Made by a program: the position numbers and the translations under genes. A DNA stretch of 64,000 nt from a virus. The number at the start of each line of letters is the position of its first letter. Position 1 is the first letter of the stretch. A model generated the notes under the pieces. That model was not told the DNA's origin and did not search any database. It worked only from the letters and a program-made list of their open reading frames with translations. Location: positions 40,106 to 104,105 of the IMG/VR virus record IMGVR_UViG_3300005366_000002. One strand, given 5' to 3'. Below are positions 44,322-53,742 of the stretch, piece after piece.

Positions 44322-45395
44322 TCACTGGTTCAGGGCCACCAGCGCGTAGCCCCCGCTCAGCTTCATCGACAGGAACGCACCGTCGACCACGTTGAGCGTC
44401 AGCTCGTCGGAGGCCTTGGAGATCAGCTCCTGGATGTACTCGAGGTCGACACGGAAGCCCTTGGCCTTCGACGAGCCGCCAGCGATCAGCGACTTGACCT
44501 GACCTTGACCGGTCTTGACCAGCAGCTCGACCTTGTCGCCCTTCGTGCCCTTGCCGGACGAGACCTGGATCTCGGCGCGCTCCTTGCCGATGACGGCACG
44601 CGCGTTGTCCATGAATCCCAGCACGTCCTTCTGGCCGATCGTGAACGTGGTGGCCTTGACCGCCATCGCCTCCTTGATCTTGCCGCGCACGTCTTCGAGC
44701 GACGGGATCTCGTCCGTGTTCGGGATCGAGAGGATGACGTTGGTCAGCTTGTTCCGCACGCGGATGAACGATGGGGCGACCGAGATCTGGAAGTCGGAAG
44801 CGCCGAACACCTCGACGACCGCCTTCAGCGTGTCGATCGGCATGACGCATTCGAAGTCGCCCTTCACGTCCTTGTTGTTGACCCAGCTCATGTGCTGCGT
44901 GTCGTAGCAGCAGACGAAGCCGCCCTTCTCGGACAGCTTGACGCCCACCGGCATCCACGCCGAAAGGATCGCCGTCGGCTTGAGCGTCACTTCCTTGAGC
45001 GCCTTCTTGAGCCAGTTGGCCTGCTCGCCGGTCAGCTTCCAGTCCTTGGTCTCGTCCTTCGGAGCCTCGTCGGCAGGAATCACGTCCAGCGTTGCCAGGT
45101 CTGCCGAGTAGCCGCCGGCCGCGTTGACGGTCAGCGTGCCTTCCTTGTAGGTCAGCGTGACCTCCTTGCGGGCCTTCGTCGCGTCACGCAGGCTCTGCAT
45201 GAGAATCGCGAACTCGCCGTCGCCCTTGACTTCGCAGGGCACGACGACCGTCGCGCGCGACAGGTCAGCGACCGAGTGGACGGTCAGACGGCCCTTGTTG
45301 GAACGGAAGGTCACTTCGCCTTCGAGCGGCGGAGCAGTCTTGGAGATCACGTCCAGCGCATTCTGGACCGCGTCGGTGTCTACTTGGATTTTCAT
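44322..45395 (-). CDS. DNA sliding clamp (Pol III beta-like)
   Basis: 357 aa, three repeated alpha/beta domains, MKIQVD..ALDVISK start, YDTQHMS resembling beta TDGHRL; clamp loader in the same block. Confidence 0.75.
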   Translation of the reverse strand: MKIQVDTDAVQNALDVISKTAPPLEGEVTFRSNKGRLTVHSVADLSRATVVVPCEVKGDGEFAILMQSLRDATKARKEVTLTYKEGTLTVNAAGGYSADLATLDVIPADEAPKDETKDWKLTGEQANWLKKALKEVTLKPTAILSAWMPVGVKLSEKGGFVCCYDTQHMSWVNNKDVKGDFECVMPIDTLKAVVEVFGASDFQISVAPSFIRVRNKLTNVILSIPNTDEIPSLEDVRGKIKEAMAVKATTFTIGQKDVLGFMDNARAVIGKERAEIQVSSGKGTKGDKVELLVKTGQGQVKSLIAGGSSKAKGFRVDLEYIQELISKASDELTLNVVDGAFLSMKLSGGYALVALNQ

Positions 45396-45435
45396 GGTCT
45401 AACGTGTGATGAGGTTGTTGAGGCGCCTAACGACT

Positions 45436-45442
45436 CTATTTA
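45436..45442 (-). promoter_or_regulatory. TAAATAG motif, putative class R promoter of the clamp operon
   Basis: Reverse complement CTGTAAATAG, intergenic. Confidence 0.65.
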
Positions 45443-45450
45443 CAGTTCCA

Positions 45451-45491
45451 GAACAAAGAAGGCCCCGGCAAGACAAGCTCACCAGGGCCTT
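45451..45491 (-). terminator. Rho-independent terminator after the structural gene pair
   Basis: - strand AAGGCCCTGG...CCGGGGCCTT-CTTTGTTC. Confidence 0.7.
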
Positions 45492-45525
45492 GAAACCCAG
45501 GCCGAGACCTGGGGTCGTTGGGTTC

Positions 45526-46320
45526 TTACGCGACGGTCAGGTTCAGCGTGACCGCCGTGACCTGGCCCAGCACGTCGTACACGTTGAACGTGAACGCGTA
45601 GGCGCCAGGGATGAGGTCGGCCAGCTTCATGATCCGGATCGAGTCGTAGACGACACCGTTGACGGTCGCTTGCGGCTTGCCGATCACGGACGCGACCATC
45701 GGGGGCACCGTCGCCGGCGCGATCGGCGCGGGGTTCGACGTCACGACGATGCGCAGCGGAGCCGCCGTGCCGGTCGTCGCAGCGAACAGCGTGATCCAGT
45801 TGAAGTCGAAGAACTCGCAGTCGCCGAGCAGCGACTCGTACTCGACGGAGGCTTGCCAGGTGATCGCGGCAGGAGTGGTCACGCCAGGTGCTCCCGGGTT
45901 GGTCGCAGGCGCGACGGTCAGGTTCATGCGGGTGCTCATGGCCGTCAGGAGCGTACCGAGGCCGAAGTTCAGGACCCACGTCTCCGCCGGCATCTGGTAC
46001 CAGCGGAAGTAGCCTTGGTCAGCCGGCACCAGCGATGACGAAGCCCAGGGCTTGTAGTTGGAAGCCTTGCCTTGGCCGCCCACCGGGAACAGGGCAGCCA
46101 TGTACTGGCCCACGCCGTTGCCGCTGTCGGTCGTGACCGTCGTGATCGGCAGCGTGATGTGACCGGCCGACGAGCTGTCCGGGACGTTGTAGGTCGTCTC
46201 CGTGCCGTCGAAGGTGTGCGCCGTGATCGGGAACCAGCCGTGGACACGACCGTCCCTGGTCAGCACCGGCAGGAGCGTCTGCGAGATCGAAGCCTTGAGA
46301 GGCTGGCCATACTTGTTCAT
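45526..46320 (-). CDS. Virion structural protein with an Ig-like C-terminus
   Basis: Thr-rich beta composition; PGAYAFTFNVYD...VTLNLTV. Confidence 0.6.
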   Translation of the reverse strand: MNKYGQPLKASISQTLLPVLTRDGRVHGWFPITAHTFDGTETTYNVPDSSSAGHITLPITTVTTDSGNGVGQYMAALFPVGGQGKASNYKPWASSSLVPADQGYFRWYQMPAETWVLNFGLGTLLTAMSTRMNLTVAPATNPGAPGVTTPAAITWQASVEYESLLGDCEFFDFNWITLFAATTGTAAPLRIVVTSNPAPIAPATVPPMVASVIGKPQATVNGVVYDSIRIMKLADLIPGAYAFTFNVYDVLGQVTAVTLNLTVA

Positions 46321-46358
46321 CTTGCTTCCTTGGGTTGAACTGAACTGAATTGAAAGGG

Positions 46359-46730
46359 TCAGGGGCTGGTGGTGACTTGGATGTACTGGAGGTCAGTGCC
46401 TGCACAGCTGATGCCGCACACGCACTGGCCGTTGTTCGGATCCACGATGGTCTCGACGTCAGTACCGACGACCGCGGCCGACGTGACTCCGATGACCTTG
46501 CAGAGGAACCTGTTGTTCCACGTGGCGCTGATCTGGTTCACGTCGTTCGACTCCGGGTAGAGGTCTCCCGGGATGTCACCCGTCACGTTCTGCACGGTCA
46601 CCAGCATCACGTAATCCGCGTCCTGCGGGCGCACGAACTGATTGCCGTCGAAGACCAGCACGTCGCTGCTGCCGAGCCCGAGATAGACTTTCTGGCCCAG
46701 GTACCAGGCTTCGATGACCGGTTGGCTCAT
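46359..46730 (-). CDS. Probable small virion protein
   Basis: Val/Thr/Gly beta-rich; co-oriented with 46320. Confidence 0.5.
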   Translation of the reverse strand: MSQPVIEAWYLGQKVYLGLGSSDVLVFDGNQFVRPQDADYVMLVTVQNVTGDIPGDLYPESNDVNQISATWNNRFLCKVIGVTSAAVVGTDVETIVDPNNGQCVCGISCAGTDLQYIQVTTSP

Positions 46731-47434
46731 GACTTGTCCTTCTTCGCCTTGCCTTTCCCTGCCGAGCTTAGGTACATGATGTCGAAGGACGGAACGCCGG
46801 TCATGGACTGGATCGTCTCGGCATCATGTGTGGCCAGCATGGCAACCGCAGCCTTCAGTTCGTCTCCCATCAGCACGACCTCCTTCAGCTTCTCCAGCCG
46901 CAGGTTGGTGTTGAGAAACGACATCATGGCACGCCTGCTTGTCTTCGAGTTGAAGTAGGCCAGGGTGAACGCAACCGCCTCCTTGCGGAGCGAATACGGT
47001 TGGATTCGCAGGAGCTCAGTCTGGATCTTGTTGAGCAGCGAGGGCTTGGCGATCGTGTTGATGTAGTCCACGGGCGTCAGCTTGCTGACCTTCACGGCCG
47101 TCAACTGCGCACTCATCAGCGCGATCTTCAGGGCCTCGTGAAGGCCTGCAGACGCTGAGAACGGCAACGACGGAATGTTGGTCACGCTGAGCGCACCGTA
47201 GGATGCGACGATAAAATTGACCGCATGCGGCTTCACCGTCTTCAGCGTGTGAGTCACGTGCACCTGCCTCGGTTGAGGCTGACCCATGTCGATGGTCCGT
47301 GTCGGCTTGGTCTTGTCCCGCGGATCCAGCGTGTGGGTCACGCGCAAGGAGGCCAGTGCGTCGCTGATATCCCACTCGGAGTACGCCGAGCTGCTCCAGA
47401 TCGCGATCTTGGTTGTCTTCAGGTTGGGTTTCAT
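46727..47434 (-). CDS. Hypothetical protein
   Basis: Coupled to sbcC; basic, helical C-terminal half. Confidence 0.6.
   Translation of the reverse strand: MKPNLKTTKIAIWSSSAYSEWDISDALASLRVTHTLDPRDKTKPTRTIDMGQPQPRQVHVTHTLKTVKPHAVNFIVASYGALSVTNIPSLPFSASAGLHEALKIALMSAQLTAVKVSKLTPVDYINTIAKPSLLNKIQTELLRIQPYSLRKEAVAFTLAYFNSKTSRRAMMSFLNTNLRLEKLKEVVLMGDELKAAVAMLATHDAETIQSMTGVPSFDIMYLSSAGKGKAKKDKS
47211..47219 (-). promoter_or_regulatory. CAATTTTAT motif embedded in a CDS, putative late promoter for 46730/46320
   Basis: + strand ATAAAATTG; coincides with rare AAT TTT codons. Confidence 0.55.
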
Positions 47435-49593
47435 AGAGCGCTCGGGTGCCCCTTCTTGATTTGAGCGCCACCTGCATCACGGAAGACCGTGTACTCGGCA
47501 GCGCCTTGGTAGCGTTCGTAGTCCTTCGGGGTCAGGACCAGGATCGACGGAATGAGGACCAGCATGTGCGGCAGCAGCGCGTGGAACCGTTCGATCATGC
47601 CCTGCCCGAAGTTGGCGCACGGCTCGTCGAGGATCAGCAGCGACAGCCGCTTCTTCGTGGGTACGAACATGAGCAGCGAGAACACGAGCATCAGCGTGAA
47701 CAGCTTCGACTCGGCACCGCTGAGGGTCCGCACGTCCGTCGGCGGCCTGTTGCCACGATGCACCAGCAGACGGATCTCCGTGTCCCACACGAACTCGAAG
47801 CGGAAGTCGTTGAACACGATGGCGCTCATCTTGTTGATCGTTGCCATCATCTTCTCGCTGATCGCCTCGACTGCCATCTTCTTCATGGCCTTGTCGTCGT
47901 AGGCCTCGAGTGCGAACAACAGGGCTTCTTCGTCCGCCAGCTCAGCAGAGAACTCCTGGAGCCGCTTGCGCATCGTCGAGGCTCTGGCCTTCACCGTGTT
48001 GTGGACCTCGAGCTTGGTCTTGGCCTTGCTCATCTTGTCCTGTGCGGCTTCCAGCTTGTCTGCGTCGAACTTGATGGCCCGCTGCTCGTCAGTGAGAGCA
48101 CGAAGGTCCTTGATGGTCTGGAGGTTCTGCAGGCCCCACTCGAAGACGCCTAGCACCCGGTTCAGAGCTACCACGTCTTCGGGCTTCTCCGGTTTCTCGA
48201 CCGGTTCAGGCTTGGCAATCCGCTGCCGCTTCTTGTACAGCGCGTGGTCTTCGCGGTACTTGTTCTGGATGCGCTCGGCGCGCTCACGCGCCTCAGCCTT
48301 GGGACCGTAGTCCTCCATCTCCTTGTCGTACTTGGCCTTCAGCTCGACGTAGCGATCCCACTGTTGCCACTCCATCTCCAGGAGCTCAAGCTGGGTCTTC
48401 AACTCGTCGATCTTGTCCGGGTCGTGGGCCTTCACAGGCTGACCACACTCGCCGCAGACACCACCCTTGAACTTGCGCGAGTGGTTGACCATCTGGTCGA
48501 GCCGGACTTCCATCTTCGCCATCTCGGCGCGCGACACGTCCGGCTTCTGTGCGCTCTGACGCATCTGCTTGAGCGCAGGCTTGTACAGCAGGTCTGGGCT
48601 GACCAGCTTCTCGTACAGCTTGAGCTCCGTCGTGGCCTCGACGAACTTGGCACTCCTGCGAGCCAGCTCATCGAGGTCAAGTGTCATGTCGAGGTCAGCC
48701 GTGGCCTCCTGGTACTGGACCAAAGCAGCCTTGTAGATCTTCCACTCGTCCATCGACTCGCTGAGGCGCCGTGCCCTGCGGATGCGCTTGCGCACCTGGT
48801 CCACAACGTCCTCGTCCAGGGAGTCGATGTCGCACGCCGCCTCCAGCTCCTCGAGTTGGTTCTTGGAGAACCGCTCGAAGTCGAGCAGCGACTTGATCCG
48901 CTGTGCCTCGTCACCACGCGACCGCAGGGCCTTCAGCCTGTCCTCGAGCTGCTCGACCTGTGCTTCCAGTTCGATGCGCTGGTCCTTGGTCAGCATGTCG
49001 GCCTTGACGGCCCTGAACGTAGTGTCGAGCTCCGAGAAGCGCGCACGGATCTTCTTCAGCTCGTTGGAGTGGGCACTCAGCACCTTCTTCTCGGCATCCA
49101 GTCGGTCGAGCTGGAAGAACGACGTGAAGAACGCCTTGCGTTCGAGGGTGGAACCGCGCACGAGCTTGTGCGGCACGTTCGCGTCGAGGTGGCCGTAGGT
49201 GCGGTACTCGTCTTCGCTGACCGTCCAGAACTTCGGGATCAGCTCCTTGGTCATCGACGGCGTGCGGCCTTTGCGCTCCTCGCCGTCCACGTAGATCTTG
49301 AACCGCTCCGAGCGACCGACGTGCGACTGCTGGATCTGAACCTTCTTGCCCTCGCGCTCGAACTCGATGAAGCGCACGCCGGTCTTGGCCTTGTCCTTCT
49401 TGGTGCCGACGATGGGCGTGTCGTAAAAGATGCCGGCCACGGTGGAACCCAGCAGCGACTTGCCTGCCGCGTTGCCGGTCCCACCCATCAGCATGTTCTT
49501 CCCGTACACGTAGGTCACGCCGGGTCCGATCTTCAAGACGGACTTCTTGAAGTCGGCGATCCCGGACAGACCAATGGCGCGGATGATGTTCAT
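47431..49593 (-). CDS. sbcC: SbcC/Rad50/gp46-like ABC ATPase
   Basis: GNAAGKS, coiled coils, CGEC zinc hook, LSGAE, LILDEP. Confidence 0.9.
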   Translation of the reverse strand: MNIIRAIGLSGIADFKKSVLKIGPGVTYVYGKNMLMGGTGNAAGKSLLGSTVAGIFYDTPIVGTKKDKAKTGVRFIEFEREGKKVQIQQSHVGRSERFKIYVDGEERKGRTPSMTKELIPKFWTVSEDEYRTYGHLDANVPHKLVRGSTLERKAFFTSFFQLDRLDAEKKVLSAHSNELKKIRARFSELDTTFRAVKADMLTKDQRIELEAQVEQLEDRLKALRSRGDEAQRIKSLLDFERFSKNQLEELEAACDIDSLDEDVVDQVRKRIRRARRLSESMDEWKIYKAALVQYQEATADLDMTLDLDELARRSAKFVEATTELKLYEKLVSPDLLYKPALKQMRQSAQKPDVSRAEMAKMEVRLDQMVNHSRKFKGGVCGECGQPVKAHDPDKIDELKTQLELLEMEWQQWDRYVELKAKYDKEMEDYGPKAEARERAERIQNKYREDHALYKKRQRIAKPEPVEKPEKPEDVVALNRVLGVFEWGLQNLQTIKDLRALTDEQRAIKFDADKLEAAQDKMSKAKTKLEVHNTVKARASTMRKRLQEFSAELADEEALLFALEAYDDKAMKKMAVEAISEKMMATINKMSAIVFNDFRFEFVWDTEIRLLVHRGNRPPTDVRTLSGAESKLFTLMLVFSLLMFVPTKKRLSLLILDEPCANFGQGMIERFHALLPHMLVLIPSILVLTPKDYERYQGAAEYTVFRDAGGAQIKKGHPSAL

Positions 49594-50330
49594 GGTTTCT
49601 TCTGGCGATCAGCGCCCTTGGATTCGAGGAACTTGACGAGAGGCGTGTAGAGCTCCGGGAAGGTCCCGGTGTTGGGCAGCACCTTGTCGTAGTCGTTCCA
49701 GAGGACGTGCTGCCATTCCGACTCGTGGACCTGGAGGTCGAACGGGACAGCGTGCATGCAGTCGGCACCATAGGCCAGCATGGTCAGCTGGTGCTTCCGG
49801 TCCATCAGGTCCCACTCCTGCGGAGCTTCTCGTCCGGAGAGCTGGAGCATGTGCTCCATGGACTTGTAGAACGGCTTGAGCCACGGTGGGTCCTTGCGGT
49901 GGACACCGAGGATCAGGCCGCCCATGCGGCGCACCGACGCCAGCTCGTTGAAGAAGCGCGTGTCGGTGATGACGACGGCACCGCCGAAGTTCTTGATGCG
50001 ACGTTCCAGCGACAGCACCCAGATGTCCGGGTGGAAATGGTGACGCATGGTCTCCGTCGCGTAGTTGACCATGACCCAGCGCGGCGTGATCGGCACACCG
50101 ATCGCGAGCCGGTCGGTCCACCATTGGTCCGCCGTGGACCTGAAGGTCCTGGACTCCTCGGTGAGGCCGTCAAGGAGCTCACGGTCCCACCCGAAGATGG
50201 CGGCCACGCTGTCCTTGACGGCACCAGCCCAGCTCATGCGCGTGTAGCCGTGATACTTCACGAGGAAGTCGCCGACCGTGTCCTTGCCTGCTCCGATGAC
50301 ACCAGAGACGCTGACGATTTGCTGCTTCAT
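49590..50330 (-). CDS. Deoxynucleoside monophosphate kinase (T4 gp1-like)
   Basis: GVIGAGKDT, TPRW..TE..R, IWV, VVITDTRFFNE, HESE. Confidence 0.9.
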   Translation of the reverse strand: MKQQIVSVSGVIGAGKDTVGDFLVKYHGYTRMSWAGAVKDSVAAIFGWDRELLDGLTEESRTFRSTADQWWTDRLAIGVPITPRWVMVNYATETMRHHFHPDIWVLSLERRIKNFGGAVVITDTRFFNELASVRRMGGLILGVHRKDPPWLKPFYKSMEHMLQLSGREAPQEWDLMDRKHQLTMLAYGADCMHAVPFDLQVHESEWQHVLWNDYDKVLPNTGTFPELYTPLVKFLESKGADRQKKP

Positions 50331-50331
50331 G

Positions 50332-50709
50332 TCATTCGTCCTGGGCAAAGTCGTTCTTCGCGGCCCTGGTGACCTCCTTGGCGAGACCGGTCAGGACAGC
50401 CGTCTTCGGCATGACTTTCAGCAGCAGGCGGATCATGCCTTTGATCTCGTTGCCGGTCGGCTCGTTCTTGAAGCTCATGCCATTGATGTAGTGGACGGTC
50501 CCATCGCGCTTGCGGATGACCTGCTTGATCGAACGGAACTTGCGGCCGTCGCTGCACTTGGACAGCTGGGCTTCCCACTCGTGACCGTCCGTGACCTGGA
50601 ATGCGGCAACCCGCTTGTTCTCCCAGGTCACGCCGGTCTTGGCCTTCGTGTGCTTGACCTTCGAGAGGTCCGGGGCCTTGCGGGCCGTCTTCTTTGCTGT
50701 TGCCATCAT
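50332..50709 (-). CDS. Basic protein, possible PC4-like ssDNA-binding fold
   Basis: DGRKFRSIKQV..KRDG..YINGMSF followed by a helix; AAGGAG RBS. Confidence 0.4.
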   Translation of the reverse strand: MMATAKKTARKAPDLSKVKHTKAKTGVTWENKRVAAFQVTDGHEWEAQLSKCSDGRKFRSIKQVIRKRDGTVHYINGMSFKNEPTGNEIKGMIRLLLKVMPKTAVLTGLAKEVTRAAKNDFAQDE

Positions 50710-50722
50710 GGCTCCTTGTTGG

Positions 50723-51121
50723 TCAGGGGAGGATCTTGCGGTACGCACACCATACGCGTTTCCACCAGGGCATGCGCTCCCAGGTGCGGAGATCGCTACG
50801 GAGGGTCGTGAACTTCTGGCACTCCTTCGCGTTCTCCCGGATCAGCTCCGAGATACGGCCTTCGAGTTCACGTCGTTCTTCCTCGAACATGAAGGTGTAG
50901 GCGCGCTTGGCCGTCTCGTCGTAGGCCACGTGGAACTCGCGGCCGTCCTCGATCCAGGTCCTGACCTCCAGGTGTTTGCGCACGTACTGGGCACGGACCG
51001 CGAAGTGATCTCCAGGGCCACGCGGCCGCTCGAACTCGTGCTGAAGATCCTGGACCGTAATGACCCCGCCTCGGCGCTCGTGCATTTCCTTGACGAGCCT
51101 GTAGACTTCGACTTGTGGCAT
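50723..51121 (-). CDS. Hypothetical protein
   Basis: AGGAG RBS; first gene after a TAAATAG motif. Confidence 0.6.
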   Translation of the reverse strand: MPQVEVYRLVKEMHERRGGVITVQDLQHEFERPRGPGDHFAVRAQYVRKHLEVRTWIEDGREFHVAYDETAKRAYTFMFEEERRELEGRISELIRENAKECQKFTTLRSDLRTWERMPWWKRVWCAYRKILP

Positions 51122-51149
51122 GAACTCTCCTGTGTGGTGTAGCGTCGGT

Positions 51150-51156
51150 CTATTTA
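51150..51156 (-). promoter_or_regulatory. TAAATAG motif, putative class R promoter
   Basis: Overlaps the J-protein stop; upstream of the kinase-sbcC run. Confidence 0.55.
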
Positions 51157-51812
51157 GTGTTCGGCCCTGCGCCCCATTGACCGGGGTTCATCGTGAAGAA
51201 GACCGAGCCGTGGATCGTCGTTGTCGTCGGCTGGGGTGGCGGAGGAGGCGGGGCAACGTCGTCATAGTCCGTGATCAGATCAGACACGATCTCGAGGACG
51301 CCCAGGCCCTTCGTCATGTTGGAGACGGCCAGCGTGGCCAGCCTGATCTTCTCGTCGATGACCTCGTAGGCCAGGTTGCGGCGGCCGGTGGCCTTGACCA
51401 GGATCTTCTTGCGCTGGATCTCGAGCTTGTTTCGCTTGGACGTCATGTCGGCAATGCCAGCGCGAAGAGCGTTCTCATTGGCGCTCCGCGCTTGCCGAAC
51501 CCAGGCCACGATGTTCGGCTGATCCTCGTCCACTGCCTTCGCGAAGTGCTGGTGCAGCCAGGTCTTGGCCTGTGCCTCCAGCTCGTCCTGCGTGAGCACC
51601 GACTCGCCCTTGTCGTAGGCGATGCGCTTCTGACCATCACCGAGCACCGACCACGCCTCGTTGATTTCCAGCATGCGCGCCGCGTGGTCGGGTTCGGTCG
51701 ACACGTCAGGGTGGTACTTGCGGGCCAGCTTCTGGTACGCCTTCTTGATGTCGTCCTTCGACGAACCCTTGGCGACCCCCAGCACCTGGTAGTAGTCGCG
51801 CGCCCCGTTCAC
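51150..51812 (-). CDS. J-domain (DnaJ-like) co-chaperone
   Basis: DYYQVLGV...IKKAYQKLARKYHPD...INEAWSVLGD..KR..YD. Confidence 0.9.
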   Translation of the reverse strand: MNGARDYYQVLGVAKGSSKDDIKKAYQKLARKYHPDVSTEPDHAARMLEINEAWSVLGDGQKRIAYDKGESVLTQDELEAQAKTWLHQHFAKAVDEDQPNIVAWVRQARSANENALRAGIADMTSKRNKLEIQRKKILVKATGRRNLAYEVIDEKIRLATLAVSNMTKGLGVLEIVSDLITDYDDVAPPPPPPQPTTTTIHGSVFFTMNPGQWGAGPNTK

Positions 51813-52405
51813 AGCATGATCCTCGTCGGCTTCTTCACAATCATGGTGTTGACCTTGCCCTCGCGGTTCGTCGTGTTCCAGACCTTGCCGCAGGTCTTGC
51901 ACTCACGCTCCTGGCTGTAGGTCCCTTCGGAACCAAAGTCCCACTGGCCGTTGATCATGATCGGCGTCTGGCTCTGCATGTCGTCGTTCTTGACCTTGAT
52001 CTGGCAGCGCCCGAACTCGATGCACTTGGAGTCCGGGCGGACCGTCACCGGCACCACGATCTCGTCCTTGGTGGTCTCGTAGTTGTCGAGGATCGAGTCC
52101 AGCGACTTCAGCGCGGCCTTCCACTTGGGCATCGGCTCCGTCGTGTGCTCGGCCCAGAAGGCGTCCTGCTCTTCCAGCAGGGTGCGGTACTGGAGCAGGA
52201 CACCGCGCATGCGGGGCGTCAGCGGCTCCTTCGCGTCGGTCTCTTCTACGTCGTGGAGCTCGTAGTTGAGGTCGCCGAGCATGGCCTTCCAGGTCTTCAG
52301 CGGATCACCTGGGAAGGGCTCGCGGCCAACCCAGGACTCGATCTTGCCTTGGACGATCTGCTTGGCGATGCCAAGGTGCTTGAGGACGTTGCGATTGACT
52401 TTCAT
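51809..52405 (-). CDS. Hypothetical protein with C-terminal Cys pairs
   Basis: Typical codon usage; CKTCGKVW. Confidence 0.6.
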   Translation of the reverse strand: MKVNRNVLKHLGIAKQIVQGKIESWVGREPFPGDPLKTWKAMLGDLNYELHDVEETDAKEPLTPRMRGVLLQYRTLLEEQDAFWAEHTTEPMPKWKAALKSLDSILDNYETTKDEIVVPVTVRPDSKCIEFGRCQIKVKNDDMQSQTPIMINGQWDFGSEGTYSQERECKTCGKVWNTTNREGKVNTMIVKKPTRIML

Positions 52406-52623
52406 GTTCTATGCTCTACTGAGACTTCGACGTAGGTGATGGAGCCGCGAAGCGTTCGCTCGCGGTTGAAGAATTTGTTGTGGGTCGTGCAGCGGCAGAC
52501 TGAACCGAAGTACGACTCTACGCGGGGCCGCGCGGTCTCACGCGGTCCTGTAGGAGCAGCAAACGAGGACTGCGATGCCACTGTCCTCTTCTTCAGCTCT
52601 TCGCGGACCAACGTGGCGATCAC
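52402..52623 (-). CDS. Small hypothetical protein
   Basis: Fills the gap; stop overlaps the next start; start uncertain. Confidence 0.35.
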   Translation of the reverse strand: MIATLVREELKKRTVASQSSFAAPTGPRETARPRVESYFGSVCRCTTHNKFFNRERTLRGSITYVEVSVEHRT

Positions 52624-52645
52624 ACAGGACTCACCAAGAGGGCAC

Positions 52646-52855
52646 CTAGGCTCCATAGGAGCCGTCGTGCTCGTGTACCACGTAGTGCCCGAGGTCCTTG
52701 CTGCAGAACTCGCAGATGGCATGGTCGTGCGAGTCCCGATAGCACGCCTCGTGGTCGCATGCTTTCTGACGGACCCAGCGGACAAACGCACGCGCTCCGA
52801 CGATCAGCACGATCGCAAAGACGCCTGCGAGAAAGCACTTCGAATCCGTGTTCAT
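52646..52855 (-). CDS. Small membrane protein with a Cys/His tail
   Basis: GAGGAG RBS; TM segment FLAGVFAIVLIVGA; CDH...CEFC. Confidence 0.55.
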   Translation of the reverse strand: MNTDSKCFLAGVFAIVLIVGARAFVRWVRQKACDHEACYRDSHDHAICEFCSKDLGHYVVHEHDGSYGA

Positions 52856-52868
52856 GATGATCTCCTCT

Positions 52869-53546
52869 TCAGGTTGGATGAGCCTCTTCCCAGGCCTTCT
52901 TGACTTCGGTGAACAGGTACAGGCTCGTCGTCTCCCACGACTTGAACTCGTTCCGCTTGGCCTGATCCACTGCACGCTCCGTGTCCCAGACCGAGGCAAA
53001 CGCCAGCGCATGCATCAGCGTGGGCTCCTGGAGCGCACGGGCCACCAGGTCCTTCAGGTTCGTGATGCCTGCCTTGATCGCCTCTTGCGCCTTCGCCTGG
53101 TTGAACCGCGCAAGCGAGTCGTCCATACGGCGGAACGAGTTGAGCACCGAGTCCGGCTCGGGTCCGATGACCGACACGTCGAGCCGAGGTCCGTGTGGGC
53201 CGTCGGAGGACAGGTGGATGGTCCACGCGTAGCGGCCATGCGGTTTCGGCTCTGCACCACGCAGCGTGAAGTCGTATGGGTCGCAGGCCACAGAGTCCAC
53301 AACCTGGCCTCCGCAGTGCTCGGCCATCGCCTTGATCAACTCCTCGGCCGGCTTGGCCCCGTGGACCCATGCGACGGCGCACAAGTCGAAGTCGCGGCAC
53401 AGGCTGCCGTGGACCATGAGGTTGTAGCCCATGGAGTCCGCCAGCTTGTAGAGCCCGCTGAGGAGAGCCATGTAGAACGCAGGGCGCCCACCGTCCTGGA
53501 ACTTCTTGTTGCGTGGCTGTTGAATCTCCTTGTCGTCCATGGTCAC
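52869..53546 (-). CDS. Putative minimal nucleotidyltransferase-fold protein
   Basis: GYNLMVHGSLCRDFDLCAVAW (GS...DxD), KPHGR, LDVS. Confidence 0.5.
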   Translation of the reverse strand: MTMDDKEIQQPRNKKFQDGGRPAFYMALLSGLYKLADSMGYNLMVHGSLCRDFDLCAVAWVHGAKPAEELIKAMAEHCGGQVVDSVACDPYDFTLRGAEPKPHGRYAWTIHLSSDGPHGPRLDVSVIGPEPDSVLNSFRRMDDSLARFNQAKAQEAIKAGITNLKDLVARALQEPTLMHALAFASVWDTERAVDQAKRNEFKSWETTSLYLFTEVKKAWEEAHPT

Positions 53547-53734
53547 TCCTGCTTCGACAGAGCGAACTGGCAGGCCTCCATGAGGGACTCGATCTGCTCG
53601 CGGCCGCAGAGCATGGAGGACCCACCGAAGTTGAGCACGCTGATCTGCGGCTGCTCCGACGTGTCGGGATCCGGCTGGGACGCCGTGATCGCCATGCAGG
53701 CATTGTTGGGGACAGCGAACGCTTTGGTCTTCAT
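53543..53734 (-). CDS. Small hypothetical protein
   Basis: AGGAG RBS (MKTKAFAV...). Confidence 0.5.
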   Translation of the reverse strand: MKTKAFAVPNNACMAITASQPDPDTSEQPQISVLNFGGSSMLCGREQIESLMEACQFALSKQE

Positions 53735-53742
53735 GGTTGCTC

